From Candidatus Poribacteria bacterium (GTDB lineage Bacteria > Poribacteria > WGA-4E > WGA-3G), in assembly GCA_965214095.1 (NCBI GenBank), contig OZ243938.1:3968001-4032000 (forward strand): DNA of 64,000 nucleotides, written 5' to 3'. How positions within the stretch are numbered: position 1 is the first letter of the stretch; each line of letters begins with the position of its first letter. Positions 58,184-64,000 of this stretch are shown here, piece by piece. The notes beneath the pieces were generated by a model. That model made no database searches, was not told the origin of the DNA, and saw nothing but the letters and a program-made list of their open reading frames with translations. Made by a program: the position numbers and the translations under genes.

Positions 58184-60226
58184 TTATTCAATAACGAGAT
58201 AACTAACGCTTTTTGCCTCCATTTTAATCGGGATATCAACGTTATAGTTGCGGTCGATTTTATACTGTTTGGGTTCGCCTTCTTTTTCACGAATTTTGGC
58301 AGTCTCAGATAATCCAGTATAGTATAGTGGTAAATTTAGAGTAATATTTTGTTCTGTTCGTGTAGGATTATATAGCATTGCAAGACCACAAGGGGTGAGT
58401 CGTGTGTTTGCGTGGAGTATACAATCCACAGAACGTCCATCTGGTCGTCTTACATGAATAACATCAGACTCTAATATTGTACGATACTTTTTGAAAAAGT
58501 CAACCCATTTCTTGACAACTGCTTTCGTTTGTTCAGTATCAAAAAGTCTGGGACCACGATAACAGGCAATCACGCCACTGCCGAAGTTCTGTGCGAGATG
58601 CGATTCGTAGTCATCAAGGTGGTCGCAAAGCGGTTCAAAAGTCGCGGCTTGTCCACCACCGTGATATTCCACCAATGGAACAAACATCCAACCCATACTC
58701 GGAGTCTTTTCGTAAGTTGCATCGTAAATATTCTGTCGAGCAATTAGAATTTGTCGTTCGCGAGGCAAACTGAAATTCGTTTCGCGGTAACCCATACCGC
58801 ATTTGTTTGAACCGTTGAGGTAATAATTATCTGGTGAATTGATATAGATGCCGCGTTTTCGGCATTCATGATAAAAGTTAACGCATGCTTCCCATTGACG
58901 CAACTGCGAATCTTCCAATCCGTTATGGTGTTCGTGCTTGGTTGATGCACAGACATCGCCGTGATAGGGGCCATCTGTCTCAATAATATCCATACCCGTT
59001 GCATCCATAAAATTCAGAACTCGTTTGACATAGCCATCTCCCCAGCTGCTTGCAAGGCATGCACTCTGTCCAAACTTACTACCGGGTTGACCCGTTTCAG
59101 GGTCAATACAGTTGAATTCTTCACCTACACCCCGTGATGCACACATCAACGTATAACCGCCAAGTTCAATGCCCTTGCTATGTGCATAATCTGCTAACCC
59201 CTTCATTTTAGCGATGTATTCCGGGTCTGTGCTTTCTATATTGTATCCACTACCAAAGGTCATAATCACCATCTCAAATCCAACTTCAGCACACTGGTCA
59301 ATTGCTAAACGGACTGCTTCTGGTTCAGCACTCCGCACGTGCATGAGAATTGGATTCTCTGTGACCTGTGGTGCGACCGTTCGAAACATCTTGCGGCGTG
59401 CAAGTCCTTTGCGTTCACGATCATCACTGTCATGCAGAATCTCAAAGGTGCGAAAACTTGTAAAGGTTTCTCCCGGTTGAATAGATACTCCCGGACCGAG
59501 TGGATAGTGGCTTGTCATCAAGAGTGGCATCTGATAACGGTAATCAACTTGCGTTAGGTATTCTTCATCCGGTCCCCATTGTGTTGTTTGCATTCTACTA
59601 AAAGCATAATCACTCTCAACATGTAGCCGATGTTTTTCCTGCTCGTTGACTGCAAGGATTTCGCAGCTTAGGTCATCCAACGGAATCGGTTCTTGACCAT
59701 CATTGCGAATAGTAATCCACTTGGACAGCACTGGAATGCCTTGGTATAGTTCATAATGCACACACACCTGAAGGCGATCAACTGATTCGGGTGGTGAGAA
59801 CGCAACCGTCAGCGTCACACCTTCTGGTGGATATGGTGAGGATGTTGTAGTACGTCTTTTTTCCCACGGATAGCAAGGTTCAGGTTTACCGATAGTATAT
59901 TCGCGAAATTGGAATGTATTCTCGTCACTGGTCAGATCTGCAATCCATTCGTCATCAAGATATGCGTAGTCTGGTTGTCCTTTCAATCCACCTATTTCAA
60001 TTTGTTGTCCATCAATTGACAGAATTGCCTCTGGTTTGATGCCACGTAGAAAACTGGTTTCGGTAATTTGATTGGAATAATCAACTGTTGCGAAATTCGG
60101 TGCGATGACAAACCTTCGTTGAATGAGTCCGTTACTGAGTATGAGTTGATTGTCAGTTTCTTCTACTGAAGCGGGTTCATGAAAGGGGTGGACTAACCAA
60201 TCGTTTTGTTGTGATGTGTAGTGCAT
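58184..60226 (-). CDS. Alpha-galactosidase-like (GH36-like) glycoside hydrolase
   Basis: AIDQCAEVGFEMVIMTFGSG, TDGPY.GD.C, YHGGG..AT.EPL patterns. Confidence 0.65.
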   Translation of the reverse strand: MHYTSQQNDWLVHPFHEPASVEETDNQLILSNGLIQRRFVIAPNFATVDYSNQITETSFLRGIKPEAILSIDGQQIEIGGLKGQPDYAYLDDEWIADLTSDENTFQFREYTIGKPEPCYPWEKRRTTTSSPYPPEGVTLTVAFSPPESVDRLQVCVHYELYQGIPVLSKWITIRNDGQEPIPLDDLSCEILAVNEQEKHRLHVESDYAFSRMQTTQWGPDEEYLTQVDYRYQMPLLMTSHYPLGPGVSIQPGETFTSFRTFEILHDSDDRERKGLARRKMFRTVAPQVTENPILMHVRSAEPEAVRLAIDQCAEVGFEMVIMTFGSGYNIESTDPEYIAKMKGLADYAHSKGIELGGYTLMCASRGVGEEFNCIDPETGQPGSKFGQSACLASSWGDGYVKRVLNFMDATGMDIIETDGPYHGDVCASTKHEHHNGLEDSQLRQWEACVNFYHECRKRGIYINSPDNYYLNGSNKCGMGYRETNFSLPRERQILIARQNIYDATYEKTPSMGWMFVPLVEYHGGGQAATFEPLCDHLDDYESHLAQNFGSGVIACYRGPRLFDTEQTKAVVKKWVDFFKKYRTILESDVIHVRRPDGRSVDCILHANTRLTPCGLAMLYNPTRTEQNITLNLPLYYTGLSETAKIREKEGEPKQYKIDRNYNVDIPIKMEAKSVSYLVIE

Positions 60227-60366
60227 GTTAAGTCTTTCTTATATTTTAACGTTAATGTGGAATACATTGTGTAGCAAATAACCGCAATTCTATTATGTAA
60301 TTTCCTCAAATTCTGTTAAGTCGCGTGCATAATCAAGGCAAGCATGAATCTTTTTTCTAATCAGTA

Positions 60367-61140
60367 TTACTTTTTCAATTTCCCCCACTTCGTTGTGAGT
60401 TTCCCATCTGCTTCAACAGAGGCAAATTCTTCAACATAGTTCAGCAAATTTTCCATGAAAAGTTTTGCCATGTCTTTCGTGTTATCATCGTTACCAACGA
60501 TATGATATTTATCTGGTGCAATTGCCATCATCAGGAATTTACCATTTCCATACATTGCTTCCATGATGACAGGATCGCCCAAACTTTCCATTAGCACGTC
60601 AAATCCTTTTTGAGAATTGATAGTTTCCCAAACAGTAGGCCAATTCTGGTGTCTCCAGTCTCTAAACATTTCCTCATTCATACTGTTTGGTTTGTTAAAG
60701 AGCGGATGGTCTGCTGCCAGAATTTCAAAATCTGGACTATCACGGTCACTCCGAACACAACTCAATTCAGGGGGCAACCAATCTACATTCGCTTCGTTCT
60801 GATCAGCTTGAGTTGGTTCCCAGACAATACCACCATTTTCAACGAATTCTTGAATCGCTTTTGCATTCTTATCAAGGTTTTGGTGAAGTACAGCGTTGTT
60901 AGTCGTCATACTTCCGATAAGGAAGATTCTATGTTCTGCTTTAAAAGTTAGTTGTCCACCTTCAAGCGCATTAGTAAGATCATCGTACTCAACTTCGAAT
61001 TCATCCAATGTCTGACGTAACGCATCCACTTTTGTCCATTCATCGGCAAAATCAACGACAGCAATTCCAGCGGCTTGGACAACCATTACGCATAAAACGA
61101 GAGATAAAATATAGCACCCTGCAAACAATCGGAGAAGCAT
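60367..61140 (-). CDS. Secreted hypothetical protein with C-terminal SVEADGKLTTKWGKLKK motif
   Basis: Signal peptide; FVENGG, HPLF..PN and YGNGK glutamine-amidotransferase-like fold motifs; AAGGAGG RBS. Confidence 0.75.
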   Translation of the reverse strand: MLLRLFAGCYILSLVLCVMVVQAAGIAVVDFADEWTKVDALRQTLDEFEVEYDDLTNALEGGQLTFKAEHRIFLIGSMTTNNAVLHQNLDKNAKAIQEFVENGGIVWEPTQADQNEANVDWLPPELSCVRSDRDSPDFEILAADHPLFNKPNSMNEEMFRDWRHQNWPTVWETINSQKGFDVLMESLGDPVIMEAMYGNGKFLMMAIAPDKYHIVGNDDNTKDMAKLFMENLLNYVEEFASVEADGKLTTKWGKLKK

Positions 61141-61293
61141 AAGTTTGCCTCCTTATTTTATATTTGGAATTGAGAACTTTTCATTTACCTCTGAGAGTGA
61201 ATTAACACAGAATATTTGTGTGGTTTTCTGCGTTTAGTATTCTACCAAATCAACTCCATCCTTTAACAAATAGGTAGAGGATAGCATTTTATG

Positions 61294-62730
61294 TTAATAC
61301 GCACGTGCAAAAATCGTGATCTCCTCTGATTCCACACCACACACAATACACGTCCCATTCCCATCAGGCTGATCCATCGGAATACATCGGATAGTTGCTT
61401 GCGTTTCCTCTTTCACCTTATCCTCACATTTCTCGTTTCCACACCACCATGTCCTTGCAAATCCATTTTCAACAATCTCTTTAAATCCCTCGTAGTCATT
61501 AGGCTCAAAGGTATTTGCATCTCGGAATTCAGTAGCACGTTTGAGCATATCCGACTGAATTGTGTCAAGTATCTGTGTTGCAGTTTCTGCAACATTTGCA
61601 ATCGGGATGAATGTTTTACCTTCTTTACCGGGGATATCTCGTCTGGCAAAAACAACCTGTTCATTTTCAATGTCCCGGGGACCGATTTCTATCCGTAAAG
61701 GCACACCTTTGAGTTCCCATTCGTTGAATCGCCAACCGGGAGAATATTCATATCTGTCATCAACATGATAGCGGATATTTCCTAACGTCTCACAGATAGC
61801 GTCAACGGTTTGTGTAACGACCTGTTTCGCTTCATCGTTATTTTTCGGAATAATCGGCACAATAACAAGTTGTGTAGGTGCAAGACGTGGTGGAAGCACT
61901 AATCCTTGATCATCTCCGTGTGTCATAATAATCGCGCCAATCATGCGAGTGCTAACACCCCAACTAGTTGTCCAGCAGTGCTGTTGCTTCTGGTTTGAAT
62001 CCAGAAATTGTATTTCAAAGACTTTAGCAAAGTTCTGTCCAAGGTCGTGTGATGTGCCTGCTTGGAGTGCACGTTTGTCACCCATCATCGCCTCAATCGT
62101 ATAGGAAGTTAAAGCACCGGGAAACTTTTCGCTATCGCTCTTACGACCGGGGATAACAGGTATAGCAGCTTCGTTGACTGCAAAATCGGTATAAATATCA
62201 AGGATTCGGAGTGTTTCCTCTTCTGCTTCTTCATGTGTTGCGTGTGCAGTATGTCCCTCTTGCCAGAAAAACTCCATTGTTCTGAGGAAAAGACGCGGAC
62301 GCAACTCCCATCGCACAACATTTGCCCACTGATTGATTAGTACAGGAAGGTCACGGTATGATTGTATCCACTGACTATACATATAACCGATGATGGTTTC
62401 CGATGTCGGACGCACAACGAGAGGTTCTTCCAATTCTTTGCCACCGCCGTGTGTAACAACAGCGAGTTCAGGTTTGAAACCTTCAACGTGTTCTGCTTCT
62501 TTTTCAATGAAACTCATTGGAATGAACAGCGGAAAGGCAGCGTTTTGATGTCCTGTCGCTTTGAAACGAGTATCCAGTTGTTCCTTGACGTTCTCCCATA
62601 ACGCATAGCCATAAGGACGCACTACCATACATCCGCGCACAGGTGCGTAATCTGCCATCTCTGCTTGTCGGATGACCTGTGTATACCATTTTGAGTAGTC
62701 TTCACTACGAGGTGTAATTTTATCAAACAT
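61294..62730 (-). CDS. proS: Proline--tRNA ligase (archaeal/eukaryotic-type, no editing insert)
   Basis: VRGCMV.RPYG, RPTSET, FLRT.EF.WQEGH, LQAGTSH.LGQNF, C-terminal ATIRCIP..C..CG..FARAY. Confidence 0.97.
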   Translation of the reverse strand: MFDKITPRSEDYSKWYTQVIRQAEMADYAPVRGCMVVRPYGYALWENVKEQLDTRFKATGHQNAAFPLFIPMSFIEKEAEHVEGFKPELAVVTHGGGKELEEPLVVRPTSETIIGYMYSQWIQSYRDLPVLINQWANVVRWELRPRLFLRTMEFFWQEGHTAHATHEEAEEETLRILDIYTDFAVNEAAIPVIPGRKSDSEKFPGALTSYTIEAMMGDKRALQAGTSHDLGQNFAKVFEIQFLDSNQKQQHCWTTSWGVSTRMIGAIIMTHGDDQGLVLPPRLAPTQLVIVPIIPKNNDEAKQVVTQTVDAICETLGNIRYHVDDRYEYSPGWRFNEWELKGVPLRIEIGPRDIENEQVVFARRDIPGKEGKTFIPIANVAETATQILDTIQSDMLKRATEFRDANTFEPNDYEGFKEIVENGFARTWWCGNEKCEDKVKEETQATIRCIPMDQPDGNGTCIVCGVESEEITIFARAY

Positions 62731-62765
62731 ATTATTGTTATCAGCTCTCAGTTGTTAGTAGTCAG

Positions 62766-63956
62766 TTATTTGTCAGTTAATGCCGCAATTCCCGGTAGTG
62801 ATTTTCCCTCTAAAAACTCTAATGACGCGCCTCCACCCGTGGAAACATGCGTAATCTGATCAGCAACACCCGCTTGTTGTATGGCTGCAACGCAGTCACC
62901 GCCACCAATTATACTTACTGCATCAGATTCTGCGATCCAATTAGCCACAGAGATTGTGCCTTTAGCAAACTTTTCAAACTCATAGACACCTAAAGGACCG
63001 TTCCATACCACTGTTTTTGCTGATGCAATTCGTTCGCTAAATACAGCAACAGTCTTTGGACCGATGTCTAATCCTTGCCAATCTTCAGGGATAGACTCAC
63101 CATCTACAATAGCAGAGTCGGTGTCAGGATCAAACGCTTTACCAGCAACATGATCTACCGGCAGGAGAACGGTATCTGAAAATCCTTTTTTCTTAATCAG
63201 TGAACTTGCTAAATCAAGTTTTTCTGTTTCAACAAGTGAGTTTCCAATAGAAACACCCATAGCCGCAAGAAATGTGTAAGCCATACCACCACCAATTAGT
63301 AGATTGTCAACCTTCCCTAATAGATTCTCAATCAGCCTGATTTTGTCCGAAATTTTTGCTCCACCAAGGATTGCTATGTATGGACGTTTAGGTTTTTCAA
63401 GAGTTATGCTGAGGTAATGTATTTCGCGTGCCATAAGCAAACCAGTGGCACACTGTTCAAGGTGATGCGTTACCCCTTCTGTTGAAGCATGGGCGCGATG
63501 GGCAGTACCAAATGCATCATTGACGTATATATCTACCAATGAAGCGAGTTTCTCAGCAAACTCGGGTTCGTTGGCTGTTTCCTGTGCATAAAATCGGACG
63601 TTCTCAAGAAGTAGGATCTCGCCATCATCTAAGGACTCAACGGCGTTCTGAACTTTTTCACCAATGCAATCATCAACATGTGCAACACGTTTACCAAGTT
63701 TGCGACTGAGTGCATCAGTGATCGGAGCAGTTGAAAGTTCTTTACGATCTGAGGGAGATCCGATTGTGGGTCTACCTAAATGTGTAACAAGGATGATTTT
63801 TGCCCCGCGATTAATAAGGTCTAACAATGTCGGTAAGGCTGCAGTGATACGGGTTTCATCCGTAATCCTCCCATCTTGCAGCGGGACGTTAAAGTCCACA
63901 CGAACAAGGACACGTTTACCTGCTACCTCTAAATCTGCTAATTCAAGTTTTGCCAT
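62766..63956 (-). CDS. pgk: Phosphoglycerate kinase
   Basis: RVDFNVP, HLGRP, LLENVRF, DAFGTAHRAHAS, STGGGASLE. Confidence 0.98.
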   Translation of the reverse strand: MAKLELADLEVAGKRVLVRVDFNVPLQDGRITDETRITAALPTLLDLINRGAKIILVTHLGRPTIGSPSDRKELSTAPITDALSRKLGKRVAHVDDCIGEKVQNAVESLDDGEILLLENVRFYAQETANEPEFAEKLASLVDIYVNDAFGTAHRAHASTEGVTHHLEQCATGLLMAREIHYLSITLEKPKRPYIAILGGAKISDKIRLIENLLGKVDNLLIGGGMAYTFLAAMGVSIGNSLVETEKLDLASSLIKKKGFSDTVLLPVDHVAGKAFDPDTDSAIVDGESIPEDWQGLDIGPKTVAVFSERIASAKTVVWNGPLGVYEFEKFAKGTISVANWIAESDAVSIIGGGDCVAAIQQAGVADQITHVSTGGGASLEFLEGKSLPGIAALTDK

Positions 63957-64000
63957 TTTCTCGTTACTGTCTATTTGATCATTTAGGTTTGGAATACTTT

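Overview
AT-rich bacterial chromosomal window. It is probably Candidatus Poribacteria-like; this is inferred from the many secreted WD40 proteins, ECF-TM-WD40 fusions, PhyH dioxygenases and a C-terminal 'GKLTTKWGKLK' motif. Housekeeping genes include ruvX-mltG-lpxC/fabZ-lpxA, hisI-trpE-trpG, panB, sucD, proS and pgk. There are also sugar-catabolic genes (dgoD, GH2, DUF2961, GH36-like, TIM-barrel epimerases), a tandem pair of trypsin-like proteases and four ECF sigma factors. Three of the ECFs are fused through one TM helix to large extracytoplasmic domains that also occur as free secreted paralogues next door. The top finding is not in the ORF track: a sigma70 promoter, a 30-codon leader peptide with a W-H-W-W-H cluster, and overlapping antiterminator/terminator segments upstream of hisI-trpE-trpG, i.e. 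a candidate dual His/Trp ribosome-mediated attenuator. Intergenic DNA carries several families of GTAG-REP-like hairpins inside short TIR-bounded MITE-like units (one nested), plus an inverted pair of perfect DnaA boxes. I saw no rRNA, tRNA, CRISPR array or transposase.
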